A stretch of 64,000 nt of DNA from an uncultured Planctomycetota bacterium (GCA_963752285.1 CAVVXN010000001.1:64001-128000), one strand, 5' to 3'. Positions 9,559-19,686 are shown, counted from the first letter of the stretch. The notes: generated by a model from the sequence alone, not told the origin. Made by a program: numbers and translations.

Positions 9559-10893
9559 ATGGCCGAGACCGTGGACACGGGTCTGTTGCCGCGCACCTAC
9601 TTCAAGGCGCCCCGGGTGCCCTTCGACTTCCGGGGTGTGGCCCTGGCCATCCTGGGCTACCTGGTCTTCTGGGCCGGCGGCCTGCTCCTCTCGGAGATCT
9701 TCGGCAAGCAGGACGTCCCCGGCGCCTTCCTGCTCGCCGCCCAGAGCCTCTTCGCCGGCATCCCCTTCATCGGGGACGTGATCGGCCGGTTCCTGCACGA
9801 CGTCTTCCAGGTCCACGCGACGAACCTCGACGACTACACCTTCTGGCACCAGCTCGTCGGCGGCGTGTGGTTCTTCCTCGTGTGGTCGTTCTTCGGCCAG
9901 GCGGTCCACCGGATCGTGTCGCTCCGGATCGCCCGGGACGAGGGCCTGAGCCTCGTCGAGGCGCTCAAGTTCGCCGCGAAGAACTGGCTGACGGTCCTCA
10001 TCGCGCCCGTGATCGTGGGCCTCGCGATGGCCTTCTTCTACTTCTGCAACACGGCGGGCGGCGCCGTGGTCTCGATCCCGGTCCTCGGCGAGGTCCTGGG
10101 CCTCGTGATCATCCCGCTCCAGGTGATCTCGACGCTCCTCCTCCTGCTGATCGGCCTGGGCGGCATCTTCGGCCTCCCGCTCATCGGGGCCGCCGCGGCC
10201 TGGGAGCGGAACGGAAGCCTCGATGCGATCAGCCGCGCGTTCTCGTACGTCTTCGCGCGCCCCCTCCAGTTCTTCTGGAACTACTTCCTGATCTTCCTCT
10301 TCATCGGGGTGATCCTGCTGGTGGGTAGCTGGTTCATCGGCACGCTCAGCGCGTCGTCCGATCTCGGGATCTGGAACAAGGACCTCTCGATGGCGGCCGG
10401 CCCGCCGATGACGCCCGAGCAGGAGCGCTCCCTCTCCAACGAGGACCAGCAGCACTACGCGACGCTCCGCGAGAGCACGAAGCGGGTCGTACCCCCGGCG
10501 CGGAGCTTCCAGGCGGTGCTCCACGCGCCGTGGACGCAGATCGTCAACGTCTTCATGTACTGGGTCTTCTACAACCTCATCTGGCTCGGCATCTTCGGCT
10601 ACGCCCTCTACTGGTTCCTGGGGGCGTCCACGTGCGTCTACGCCGACCTCCGCGCCGACGTGGACGGCACCGAAGAGGACGAGATCTACCTCGAGGAGGA
10701 AGAAGAGGACTTCGACGCGTTCTCCGAGGCCGTGGACCGCGCGGAGCCCGAGACCCAGACCGCCACGCCCCCGGCCGCGCCCGAAGCCCCGGCGACGGGG
10801 TCCGAGACGACGCCCCCTCCGTCCGACGGCGGGAGCGCGTCCGAGGGCGGCGAGACGCCGCCGGCCCCCGAGGGCGAGAAGAGCGACACGTAG
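9559..10893 (+). CDS. Multi-pass membrane protein of unknown function with acidic C-terminal tail
   Basis: Several hydrophobic helices, strong GC3 bias, GGAGG RBS. Confidence 0.8.
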   Translation: MAETVDTGLLPRTYFKAPRVPFDFRGVALAILGYLVFWAGGLLLSEIFGKQDVPGAFLLAAQSLFAGIPFIGDVIGRFLHDVFQVHATNLDDYTFWHQLVGGVWFFLVWSFFGQAVHRIVSLRIARDEGLSLVEALKFAAKNWLTVLIAPVIVGLAMAFFYFCNTAGGAVVSIPVLGEVLGLVIIPLQVISTLLLLLIGLGGIFGLPLIGAAAAWERNGSLDAISRAFSYVFARPLQFFWNYFLIFLFIGVILLVGSWFIGTLSASSDLGIWNKDLSMAAGPPMTPEQERSLSNEDQQHYATLRESTKRVVPPARSFQAVLHAPWTQIVNVFMYWVFYNLIWLGIFGYALYWFLGASTCVYADLRADVDGTEEDEIYLEEEEEDFDAFSEAVDRAEPETQTATPPAAPEAPATGSETTPPPSDGGSASEGGETPPAPEGEKSDT

Positions 10894-10903
10894 GACGACG
10901 CGG

Positions 10904-10936
10904 TGTGGACCGCGCGGGGGCCCCGCGCGGTCCACA
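10904..10936. terminator. Hairpin between convergent genes (probable bidirectional terminator)
   Basis: TGTGGACCGCGCGGGG-G-CCCCGCGCGGTCCACA perfect inverted repeat; no U-tract. Confidence 0.65.
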
Positions 10937-10989
10937 TCTCACGCCCGACGGGAGGACGCCGGTCGGGTCGGCGCACGCGCCGAACGCGC

Positions 10990-11769
10990 TCAGACCGCGA
11001 AGAGCTCGGCCTTCCGCGAGCCGAGGAGCTCGCGCAGCCGCCGGATCACCTTCGAGTGGATCTGGCAGACGCGGCTCTCGGTGAGCCTCAGCATGCCCGC
11101 GATCTCGCGCATCGAGAGGCCGTCGTAGTAGTAGTGCTCGATGACGAACCGCTCCTTGTCGTTCAGGGAGCGGAACAGCACGTCGCGGACCATGCGCTTC
11201 TGCTGGGCGAAGTGCGGGTCTTCGGCGCGGCGGTCGCCGACCAGGTCGAGCATGCGCCCGCCGGTCTCGCCGTCGTCCTCGGTCGCGTCCTCGTTCAAGG
11301 AGAGCATCGAGGTGGGGTTCGCTTCGCGGCGAATCCGCTCGTACTCCTCCATCGAGACCTGCAGCGCCTCGGCCATCTCGGGGTCGGTCGGCTCGCGGCC
11401 GAGCTCGCCGTAGAGGCGGCGGAGGGTGCGATCCACGAGGTTCGTCCGCAGACGGACGAGGCGCGGCACCCAGTCGTTCGTGCGGAGGCTGTCGAGGATG
11501 GCGCCGCGGATCCGCGCGGTGCAGTACGTCTTGAACTGGATCCCGCGGCTCGTGTCGAAGCGGTCGATCGCCTCGATCAGGCCGAAGGTGCCCATGCTGA
11601 CGAGATCGTCCACCTCGACGCTCGCGGGCAGGGTCGAGACCATCCGCTCGGCCAGGTACTTGACCAGCGGAAAGTAGGCCTCGATCAGGAGGGCCTTCAC
11701 CGCGGGCGTCTTGCGCTCGCGGTAGGCGTCCCAGAGGTGCTTGTGATCGGCGTCCCGGATCTTCTTCAT
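10990..11769 (-). CDS. FliA/WhiG-family sigma-28 factor
   Basis: DDLVSMGTFGLIEAIDRFD, RIRGAILDSLR..DWVPR, LTESRVCQIH. Confidence 0.93.
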   Translation of the reverse strand: MKKIRDADHKHLWDAYRERKTPAVKALLIEAYFPLVKYLAERMVSTLPASVEVDDLVSMGTFGLIEAIDRFDTSRGIQFKTYCTARIRGAILDSLRTNDWVPRLVRLRTNLVDRTLRRLYGELGREPTDPEMAEALQVSMEEYERIRREANPTSMLSLNEDATEDDGETGGRMLDLVGDRRAEDPHFAQQKRMVRDVLFRSLNDKERFVIEHYYYDGLSMREIAGMLRLTESRVCQIHSKVIRRLRELLGSRKAELFAV

Positions 11770-12106
11770 CGCTCGTGCTCCGTGCTTCCACCACGTGGAC
11801 CCTGCAGCGCGGAAGGCCCACGGGGCACGGCGTCGTGCACCCGAGAGCGCGGCTTGGCAGCCCGGCCGCCTTCCCAAGGAAGGCCCGTGGCTTTGCGTCC
11901 CCCGGTCACCCGGGGTTTGCCCGTTCATCCACGCCACGATGGGAAAGACCTCAACGCCCCGAGGAGCGTCGCCGCGTTCCTTTGGGGAACTGTTCAGCGG
12001 CCGAGGAACCCTAGCCCAACGGGACGACCTGGCCAGTCGTGTCGAACGAAAAAAACGTCAAGTCCCCTCGGGACGTCGTAACCCGAGCTCGGAGAACGAG
12101 TTGTGT

Positions 12107-12988
12107 TCATCGCCCTCGCGCCGTTCGCGCTTCCGGCCCCGTCCGACCGGTCGTCGCGACCCGCCGGACCCGGAGGTCCGGGGGCGCGCCGGCGAGAAGC
12201 ACGTCGCCCGAGGGTAGGGTCTTGTCTCGGGCCGCGCCGAGATCCACCGCGACCACGATCGTCGCCTCCTGGGAGGCCGGAGCCTCCGCGAGCACCTCGC
12301 CCCGCGGCCCCGCGACGAGGCTCGCCCCCGTGAAGGCGAGGGCCGGGCGCGGCGGCCGGTGCTCGGTGCCCACCCGGTTGGCCGTCACGGTGAACACCCC
12401 GTTCTCGAGCGCGCGGACGGGCATCGCCCGCTGGCACCACGGCAGCACCAGGTTGCTCGGGTGGGCGATCACGTCGGCGCCGGCGCGCGCGAGGGCGCGG
12501 GCCACCTCCGGGTGGATCCAGTCGAAGCAGATCATCACACCGACCCGCATGCCGGCGTGCTCGACCAGAACCAGGTCGCCCGAGCCCGACGCGAACGCCT
12601 CGGGCTCGAACCCGAACAGGTGGGTCTTGCGGTACGAGGCGAGGGCCCGCCCCGCCGCCGCGACGCCGGCTGCGTTGTAGACCGCGGTGCCGTCCCGCTC
12701 GGCGAACCCGCCCACGACGACGCCACCCGTCCGCCGGCTCGCCTCGACGAGCCACCGACCGGTCGGGCCGTGAGGCCACGGCTCGGCGAGGCGCGTCATC
12801 TCGCCGGCGTCGCGAAACGCGTACCCGGTCGAGAAGAGCTCGGGGAGCACCACGAGGTCCGGGGGACGGTCCGTGGCGGCGTGCGCCTCGAGCTCGGTGA
12901 GGCGCTCCAAGGCGCGTGCGAGGTTCGTCTCGACCTCGCCGAAGACGGGCGCGGTCTGCAGGCACGCGAGGCGCTTCGTATCGGGCAT
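12107..12988 (-). CDS. Carbon-nitrogen hydrolase (nitrilase superfamily)
   Basis: Glu-Lys-Cys triad motifs VLPELF, YRKTHLF, ICFDW. Confidence 0.9.
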   Translation of the reverse strand: MPDTKRLACLQTAPVFGEVETNLARALERLTELEAHAATDRPPDLVVLPELFSTGYAFRDAGEMTRLAEPWPHGPTGRWLVEASRRTGGVVVGGFAERDGTAVYNAAGVAAAGRALASYRKTHLFGFEPEAFASGSGDLVLVEHAGMRVGVMICFDWIHPEVARALARAGADVIAHPSNLVLPWCQRAMPVRALENGVFTVTANRVGTEHRPPRPALAFTGASLVAGPRGEVLAEAPASQEATIVVAVDLGAARDKTLPSGDVLLAGAPPDLRVRRVATTGRTGPEARTARGR

Positions 12989-12997
12989 GCCCCGAGG

Positions 12998-14077
12998 CTA
13001 CTTCTCGCCGGAATGCTTGTCGTCGGGGTGGCCCGGCGCGCCGGGCCCGTGTCCACGGCCCGGGCCGCCGCGCGGACCGCGGCCCGGCCCCGGTCCCGGT
13101 CCCGCTCCGGGCTCGCCGGGGGGACCCGGCGGCCCCGCGAGGCCGAGCGCGCGTTCGAGCGCCTGTCCGAGGCGACGGGCCGCGTCGCGGAGCGCCGGGT
13201 CGCGGTCGAGGAACGGGCGCGCGTCGCGGAGCGCGTCGCGCAGGTGAAGCAGCCGCTCCCTCCGTTCGCGGAGGGCGTAGCCGTTCAGGGATTCCGGGTC
13301 GGCCACCGCCTTCTCGAGCTCCTCCATCGCCTCCTGGAAGGCCTCGGGCTCGGCCTCGCGGAGACGGTCGCCGATCGCACGGAGCGCGTCCTCGTCTCCG
13401 GGATCGACGGGCGCGAGTCCCTGGTGCAGGCGGATCATCTCGCGGCCGAAGACGAAGTGGGCGAGGCGTCGCCGGGCGCCCGCGTCGCCAGACGACGCGC
13501 GCTCGCGGAGCGTCGCGAGTCTGCGCTGGACGAGCGCCGGCAGGTCGCTCGGGATCTCGATCGTGCTCGGATCGGCGGTGGCGTGACGCTTCACGCACGC
13601 CTCCCAGAAGTGGTGGAAGAACACGGCCTCGAGGTCCGGTCGGCTGTCGGCCGGGAGGTTCTTCTCGATCGCGGACCGCGCCTCCTCGGGGAGCGCGGCA
13701 AGGAGCGACAGTCCGAGCGCGTGCACGAGCAGCCCCCGCTGGCGCATCGCGTCGCGCGCCGCGGGGTTGCGAAGCCCCTCCATCCCGGGGAGCCGGCCGA
13801 GCCGTTCGCGGTGACGCTCGAGCTCGCGCATCCGCGTCTCGAGCCGCGCCCGCTCCTCGGGTCCGAGCGAGCGGAGGCGGATCACGTTCTTCGCGATGTG
13901 CTCCCGCTGCTCGGCGGGGAGGGTCGCCCAGCCCGGGACGCGCTCGGTCAGCGTCTGGACCTCCGCAGGCGTCAGGCGGTCGAGCGCGCCCGGCTCGTCG
14001 GCGCGGGCCGGTCGGGCCGCGACGAGGACGACCAGGAGGAAGAGCGGCAGGAGGGGAAGGAGACGTCGCGGGAACAT
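12998..14077 (-). CDS. Exported helical protein, DUF3106-like
   Basis: Signal peptide (ARA); W..LP.EQR and L.PEER repeats; follows the anti-sigma gene. Confidence 0.6.
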   Translation of the reverse strand: MFPRRLLPLLPLFLLVVLVAARPARADEPGALDRLTPAEVQTLTERVPGWATLPAEQREHIAKNVIRLRSLGPEERARLETRMRELERHRERLGRLPGMEGLRNPAARDAMRQRGLLVHALGLSLLAALPEEARSAIEKNLPADSRPDLEAVFFHHFWEACVKRHATADPSTIEIPSDLPALVQRRLATLRERASSGDAGARRRLAHFVFGREMIRLHQGLAPVDPGDEDALRAIGDRLREAEPEAFQEAMEELEKAVADPESLNGYALRERRERLLHLRDALRDARPFLDRDPALRDAARRLGQALERALGLAGPPGPPGEPGAGPGPGPGRGPRGGPGRGHGPGAPGHPDDKHSGEK

Positions 14078-14078
14078 G

Positions 14079-14597
14079 TCAGGGCTTTTCGAGGTCGGCG
14101 ATCAGCACGCCCTCGAACTCCTCGTCCGAGAGCGACAGGAGCACGTCCACGTCTTCGAGCAGGTCCGGCGGGACCTCGGCGAGGTCCACCGGTGCCCGCT
14201 GCGCACTCGCCTGCTCGGACACCGCGTCGTCCGTCGTCGGGCCCGACACCGTGAGCGCGTGGATCCCGAGCGCCAGACCCGCCGTCACGACCGCCGCGGC
14301 GGCGACGAGGAGCAGCGGGCGCGCGCGTCGCCGTCTCCCCAGGGCGCCGTCGAGAACGCGACGCGAGAACCCCTCGGGAACGGGCTCGTCCCCGTAGAGG
14401 TCGAGGAGGTCCCACAGCCGGCGCAGGTGCTCCACCTCGCGGAGCGCGTCGGGGTTCTGGTCGAGCCACGACGTCACGTGACGCGCGGCGTCGGGCGAGA
14501 GCTCCCCGTCGAGGTAGGCCGAGATCACCTCGAGCCGACGCTCGGAGTCGAGCAGGTCGAGGCGCGACGCCTCGGGGTCGAAGGAAGGGCCACTCAT
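14079..14597 (-). CDS. Membrane anti-sigma factor
   Basis: ISAYLDGELS motif, one TM helix, coupled to the ECF gene. Confidence 0.8.
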   Translation of the reverse strand: MSGPSFDPEASRLDLLDSERRLEVISAYLDGELSPDAARHVTSWLDQNPDALREVEHLRRLWDLLDLYGDEPVPEGFSRRVLDGALGRRRRARPLLLVAAAAVVTAGLALGIHALTVSGPTTDDAVSEQASAQRAPVDLAEVPPDLLEDVDVLLSLSDEEFEGVLIADLEKP

Positions 14598-15253
14598 GGT
14601 TCGCTCCTGAAACGCGCCTGGCCGTCGAGCAGCGCGTCGGCGTCGTCGCCGGACGCGTCCGCCTCGACCAGGTCCCGGAGGCTTCGCTTGAGGTTCTGGC
14701 GTGCGCGCGTCAAGAGGGACTTGACCGCGGGCACGGTGGTCGAGAGCGTCTCCGCCACGTCCTCGTACGAGCAGTGGTGGTAGCGCGCCAGGACGAGCGC
14801 GAGACGCTGCTGCTCGGGCAGGCGATCCACCGCGGCGCGCACGCGCGCGGCGGCCTCCGCCGCCTCGAGGCTGTCGTGGGCCTCTTCGCCGCTCGGTCCG
14901 GCCGGATCGGCGCGGCCCGCCCCGTCGCCGTCCCCGAAGACGGCGGTGAAGGAGACCACGCTCCGGTTCTTCCGGGAGCGGAGTCGGCGGATCTCGTTGA
15001 GGCAGGCGTTCACGGTGACGCTGTAGAGCCAGGTCTTGAACTTGGCCCGGGGCTCGTACCCGTCCCGGCCCCGGTAGACGCGGAGGAACACTTCCTGCGC
15101 GACGTCCTCGACCCCCGCCGCGCGGGAGCCGAGGTAGCGCCGCGCGAGCCCGAGGACGAGTCCCTGGTACTTGTGGATCAGGACCTCGAACGCGTGCTCG
15201 TCGCCCCCCTGGAAGCGCTGCATCAGGACCTGATCGACGTCGGGCGTGCTCAT
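14594..15253 (-). CDS. ECF sigma-70 factor
   Basis: EDVAQEVFLRVY, FKTWLY, LPEQQR, VKSLLTRARQ. Confidence 0.92.
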   Translation of the reverse strand: MSTPDVDQVLMQRFQGGDEHAFEVLIHKYQGLVLGLARRYLGSRAAGVEDVAQEVFLRVYRGRDGYEPRAKFKTWLYSVTVNACLNEIRRLRSRKNRSVVSFTAVFGDGDGAGRADPAGPSGEEAHDSLEAAEAAARVRAAVDRLPEQQRLALVLARYHHCSYEDVAETLSTTVPAVKSLLTRARQNLKRSLRDLVEADASGDDADALLDGQARFRSEP

Positions 15254-15333
15254 GCAGCCTCTCGGGGTCCCCTTGAACCCCGCCGGGGGCCTCGAGTCGT
15301 GCCCGGGGCGGGGCCCGGGGCGGGGCCCGGCGG

Positions 15334-16917
15334 CTACCGGACCGAACCTACCCGGCCCGGCGGCCAGACCCGGAAGATCACGGGCCCGATGAGCTCGGAG
15401 ATGGGGATCGGGCCGAAGTCGGTGAACCGGCTGTCGTGGCTGTCCGCGCTGTTGTCCCCCAAGACGAAGATCGAGCCCTTCGGAATCCGGAACGCGTACG
15501 AGGCCGGGTCTTCGTCCCCGTCGGAGGGGGCGACCGCGAGGTTCCCGATCTGCGTGTAGTGGAGGTCCTCGTCGAGCGACAGGGAGAAGGGCCGGGCGGC
15601 GCCGCCCGTCCGAACCTCGGGCCGTACCCAGGCCCCCGGGGGCGGCGCGTCGCCCGCCGGGAGGGCCCGCGAGAACCCCTGGCCGCCGGCGTTCGCCGTG
15701 ACGATCCCGTCCACGAGGTCCAGCTCCAGGCGGACCCGGCCGGAGGCGACGCCCGGGGTCCTCGCGATCCATCGGGCGTTTCCCCCGCGCTGGACCTCGA
15801 GGCGCGCGCCCTCGTCGCTCACCTCGAGCGAGAGGCTGGCGACCGACTCGTCCTTCCCCCGGAGGAAGTAGAGGAGGTCGAGGGACACCGTGGAGCCGGC
15901 CGGACGGTCCGCGAGGAGCGAGAGGTATACGTCGCGGAGCGGCACGTCCCGCGCCCGTGCCTGTCCTCCGGACCGCCCCCCCCACGCGAACAGGGTGGGG
16001 CCCACGTAGACGAGGGCCTTCCCCCCGTCCGCGCTCGGGTCCCCGGCCCACTCGCGAGCGTCCTCGGCTCGGTCGAATCGCCACGTCCGGTAGGGGCGGC
16101 GCAGCGCGGCCGAGAGCTCGGGCGGCTTCCGCGCTACGCGGCCGTCCACGTAGACGTCGCCGCCGACGAGGGCGATCGCCTCGCCGCCGAGGCCCGCCAC
16201 CCGCTTCACGTACGTCACGCCGTTGCGCTCGAACGTGACGATCCTCCAGCGCTCCGGCTCGTCGCCCCCGCCGGGCTTCAGGACCACGACGCGGTCGCCG
16301 ACGAGCAGCGTCTCCTCCATGCTCCCCGACGGGATCACGAAGACCTCGACCACGAACGCCTTCACGAGGAAGTAGGCCACGATCGCGCCGAGGATCCACG
16401 GCGCCTCGTGCCACACGAGCTTCTTCACGACATCGCCCGCGCCCTCGGCGAAGAGCACCGTCCGCCGCCCGCGGTCCACCCGGCGGAGCAGGGCGCGGAC
16501 CGCGCGGGGCGCGCCGAACGCGCGGCGCGCGCCCGCGTGGTCCAGGGCGGCGAGGTGCGCGCGGACGTCCGCCTGGATCCGGGCGCGCGCTTCGCGGTCG
16601 CGCACGGCCGAGGCCACGCGCCGCGCGGTCCTCGCGGCGGGACCTTCAGCCGGCGGCGGCGGGAGATCGGGCGCCGGCGCCGGCCGGCGGGGGGCCTTCG
16701 CGTAGCGCACGAGCCCGTGGCTCGAGACCCCCGCGAGCGCGACGTCGCCGGCCCGGACGAGCGCGTGGAGCAGCGGGTGGAGGAAGCCCTCGCGACCGCG
16801 GAGCAGCCATGCGACGCGCGAGCGCAACGCGTCGCGCAGCTCGATCGCGTCCTTCGGACCCGACGCCAGGGCGTCGAGGACGGCCTGCCGCATCCGTTCG
16901 TCGCCGAGCGAGATCAT
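15334..16917 (-). CDS. lepB: Signal peptidase I with N-terminal PadR-like wHTH and HAAS-like extension
   Basis: IPSGSMEETL (Ser), YVKRVAG (Lys), LGDNSADSHDSR; N-terminal REGFLHPLLHAL. Confidence 0.82.
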   Translation of the reverse strand: MISLGDERMRQAVLDALASGPKDAIELRDALRSRVAWLLRGREGFLHPLLHALVRAGDVALAGVSSHGLVRYAKAPRRPAPAPDLPPPPAEGPAARTARRVASAVRDREARARIQADVRAHLAALDHAGARRAFGAPRAVRALLRRVDRGRRTVLFAEGAGDVVKKLVWHEAPWILGAIVAYFLVKAFVVEVFVIPSGSMEETLLVGDRVVVLKPGGGDEPERWRIVTFERNGVTYVKRVAGLGGEAIALVGGDVYVDGRVARKPPELSAALRRPYRTWRFDRAEDAREWAGDPSADGGKALVYVGPTLFAWGGRSGGQARARDVPLRDVYLSLLADRPAGSTVSLDLLYFLRGKDESVASLSLEVSDEGARLEVQRGGNARWIARTPGVASGRVRLELDLVDGIVTANAGGQGFSRALPAGDAPPPGAWVRPEVRTGGAARPFSLSLDEDLHYTQIGNLAVAPSDGDEDPASYAFRIPKGSIFVLGDNSADSHDSRFTDFGPIPISELIGPVIFRVWPPGRVGSVR

Positions 16918-16918
16918 G

Positions 16919-17149
16919 TCAACGCAACGCCACGAACGCGAGGGCCAGGACGAGCGCCACGAGGATCAGGATGACGGCCGTGACCGGAGGCGCAGCGCGC
17001 GGCGCGCCCTCGGCGTCGAGCTCGCGCGTGACGAAGTCCTCGTACGCGTCGTCGTCGAGGTGCGTGGACGGGAGGTCGTCGAAGTCCTCGTCCTCCTCGC
17101 CGTCGGGCCCCTCGACGTCGGGTTCTTCGACGTCGAAGGGCACGCTCAC
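16919..17149 (-). CDS. Small acidic protein with C-terminal TM anchor
   Basis: GTG overlaps the HNH stop; D/E-rich then VILILVALVLALAFVAL; stop 1 nt before lepB ATG. Confidence 0.65.
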   Translation of the reverse strand: MSVPFDVEEPDVEGPDGEEDEDFDDLPSTHLDDDAYEDFVTRELDAEGAPRAAPPVTAVILILVALVLALAFVALR

Positions 17150-17727
17150 GTCCCCACCTGTCGCTGCCACCGGGACGGGAGGAACCGGAGCCACGTCGTG
17201 CGGCCGGAGAGCACCTCGGGATCGAATCCGCCCGGCCACGTCGGTTCGCCCGGCGTGGCACGGAGCCGGAGTCCCGCCTCGCGCGCGGTGCGGTCGGCCT
17301 TCTTGGCGTTGCAGTCGAGGCACGCCGTCACGCAGTTGTCCCAGGACGACCGGCCACCTCTCGATCTTGGGATGACATGGTCGATGGTCAGGTGCTCGGA
17401 GCGCGGACGCTTTCCGCAGTACTGGCAGCGGAAGGCGTCGCGTCGGTACACGTTGCGGCGTGTGAAGGCGACGGGGATCTCGGGGACGTCGTTGTAGCCG
17501 TGGAGGACGATCACCTCGGGGATGGGGAAGTCGAACCCGACCGAGCGGACGCGCCCCCCCTCGTAGGAGCCGCGATCGACCCAGACGGCCCAGTCGGCGA
17601 CCTCGAACGTCTCGGGATGCACCGCTCCCGCGATCCCGCGCGCCATGAGCAGGACGGCCCGGCGGACCGTCGTGGTCGAGATCGGGACCCAGGAGCGGTT
17701 CAGCACGAGGGAACGCCCGTCGAGCAT
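17146..17727 (-). CDS. HNH endonuclease (McrA-like)
   Basis: LVLN, RD..RCQYCG, TIDHVIPRSRGG, WDNCVTACLDCN..K. Confidence 0.92.
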   Translation of the reverse strand: MLDGRSLVLNRSWVPISTTTVRRAVLLMARGIAGAVHPETFEVADWAVWVDRGSYEGGRVRSVGFDFPIPEVIVLHGYNDVPEIPVAFTRRNVYRRDAFRCQYCGKRPRSEHLTIDHVIPRSRGGRSSWDNCVTACLDCNAKKADRTAREAGLRLRATPGEPTWPGGFDPEVLSGRTTWLRFLPSRWQRQVGT

Positions 17728-17796
17728 GGGCAGGATGGTACCGGCGGGACGGGGCAACTCCAGCCCCCGGGTCCCGCGGAGGTGGGCGCCGGTCGG

Positions 17797-19659
17797 TCAC
17801 GAACCGTCGAGGACCTGCTCGATCATCTCCGCGTAGCGCCGCGCCACGACGTGCCGGCGCAGCTTCATGGTCTGGGTCAGGCATCCACCCTCGACGTCGA
17901 GCGCCTCGTGGAGGAGCGCCACCCGGGCCACCCGCTCGAACGGCTTCAGGTTGGTGGTGCGCCGGATCGCCTCCCGGTGCAGGAGGGCGAGGACGTCCGG
18001 GCGGGCGGCGAGGTCGTCCGGCGTCCTTCGGGGATCGAGCCCGAGCGCCCGCGCAACCGCCTCGGGCTCCGGGAGGAGGAGCGCGGCGAGCGTCTTGTGG
18101 TCCTGACCGACCACGACCGCCTGCTGGATCAGCGGCGAGACGAGGAGGGCGTCCTCGACGCGCTGCGGCTCCACGTTCTCGCCGCCCGAGAGAACGATCG
18201 TCTCCTTCGCACGTCCGACGAAGCAGAGGTCCCCGTACTCCGTCAGGTACCCGAGGTCGCCCGTGTCGAACCAGCGGTCGGCGTCGATGGCGCGCCGCGT
18301 GAGCTCGTCGTCGTGGTGGTAGCCCCGCATCACGTGCGGGCCGCGCGTGAAGACGAGTCCCGGCCGACCCGGCGGCAGAGGACGCCTCGTCTCGGGGTCG
18401 CGGATCTCGATCTCCACGTCCTCCACGGCGGTCCCGATCGTCCCGAGGACGTTTCGCCCCTCCCGGCGCACGGCCACGACGGGACTCGTCTCCGTCAGGC
18501 CGTAGCCCACGAGGATCGGCACGCCGATCGTGCGGAAGAAGCGGTCGATGTGCGCCGGCATGAGGCCCCCACCGCTGATCGCGCCGCGCATGCGCCCGCC
18601 CGTCGCCGCACGGACGGGCCGGAACACGACGCGGTGCGCGAGGCGGTCGAGGGGAAAGGCGAGCGCCGCCGCCGCGACGCCCGCGGCGCGGAGCGCGCCC
18701 TCCCGGAGGATCCCCAGCCCGCGCGGCCGCTCGACGCGCAGCACGTGTCCCCGCGCGCGGTCCCATCCCCACGCGCGGAGCGAGGCGAGCGCGAACGCGC
18801 CGCGGAACACCGACCGGCGGAGGGGCGAGCCGTCGTCGAGTCGTTTCCGCACGCCGTCGTAGACCATCTCCCACAGGCGCGGGACCGAGGCCATGAACGT
18901 CGGCCGGAAGCGGGCCATGTCGTCGCGGAGGTGTCGTCGGCTCGTGTACGCGATGCACGCGCCCGCGACGAGCGCCGCGTACTCGACCGTGCGCTCGAAG
19001 ATGTGCCAGGGGGGGAGGATCGAGAGGAAGACCTCCGAGGGCAGCATGTGGAAGAGCGGCGGAAGCACGCGCACCTGGTGCGCGAAGTTCGCCTGCGAGA
19101 GGACCACGCCCTTCGGCCGCCCCGTGGTCCCGGAGGTGTAGATGATGGTCGCGACGTCCTCGGCGCGGACCGCGCCGGCCCACGCGCCGAACTCCGGCCC
19201 CGACGCGCCTTCCCGCTCGAGGTCGTCGAGCGTCCGCCCCGACGCACGCGCGGGCTCGAGGCTCACGACCTCGCCCATCGAGGGGACGGAGGCCCGGATC
19301 GAGGCGAGGGCGTCGGCGCGCGCGGCATCGTGCGCCAGGACGAGCCCGACCTCCGCGTGGCGGAAGATCTCGCCCATCTCCTCGGGCGGCGTGTCGGTGC
19401 CGCGCGGCACCGACACCGCGCGCACGAGCTGGAGCGCCAGGTCCGCGGCGATCCAACGCCGCGAGTTGTCGGCGAACATCCCGACGCGGTCGCCGGGCCG
19501 GACGCCCATCCGCCGGAGGCCTTCGGCGATTCGCGCCGCCCGCAGGAGGAGCGCGGTGCGGGTCACCTCGCCGTCGCGATCCTGCTGCACGACCTTGTCG
19601 GGCGACGACGCGCGTCGCTCTTCGAGGAACGCGGGGACGGTCCGGGGCGAAGGGCTCAC
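17797..19659 (-). CDS. Long-chain fatty acid-CoA ligase
   Basis: IYTSGTTGRPKGV, GYGLTETSP, FDTGDLG, GENVEP, LTQTMKLRR. Confidence 0.92.
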   Translation of the reverse strand: MSPSPRTVPAFLEERRASSPDKVVQQDRDGEVTRTALLLRAARIAEGLRRMGVRPGDRVGMFADNSRRWIAADLALQLVRAVSVPRGTDTPPEEMGEIFRHAEVGLVLAHDAARADALASIRASVPSMGEVVSLEPARASGRTLDDLEREGASGPEFGAWAGAVRAEDVATIIYTSGTTGRPKGVVLSQANFAHQVRVLPPLFHMLPSEVFLSILPPWHIFERTVEYAALVAGACIAYTSRRHLRDDMARFRPTFMASVPRLWEMVYDGVRKRLDDGSPLRRSVFRGAFALASLRAWGWDRARGHVLRVERPRGLGILREGALRAAGVAAAALAFPLDRLAHRVVFRPVRAATGGRMRGAISGGGLMPAHIDRFFRTIGVPILVGYGLTETSPVVAVRREGRNVLGTIGTAVEDVEIEIRDPETRRPLPPGRPGLVFTRGPHVMRGYHHDDELTRRAIDADRWFDTGDLGYLTEYGDLCFVGRAKETIVLSGGENVEPQRVEDALLVSPLIQQAVVVGQDHKTLAALLLPEPEAVARALGLDPRRTPDDLAARPDVLALLHREAIRRTTNLKPFERVARVALLHEALDVEGGCLTQTMKLRRHVVARRYAEMIEQVLDGS

Positions 19660-19686
19660 AGCGAGAGCGTACCGGAGCCGGAGACG

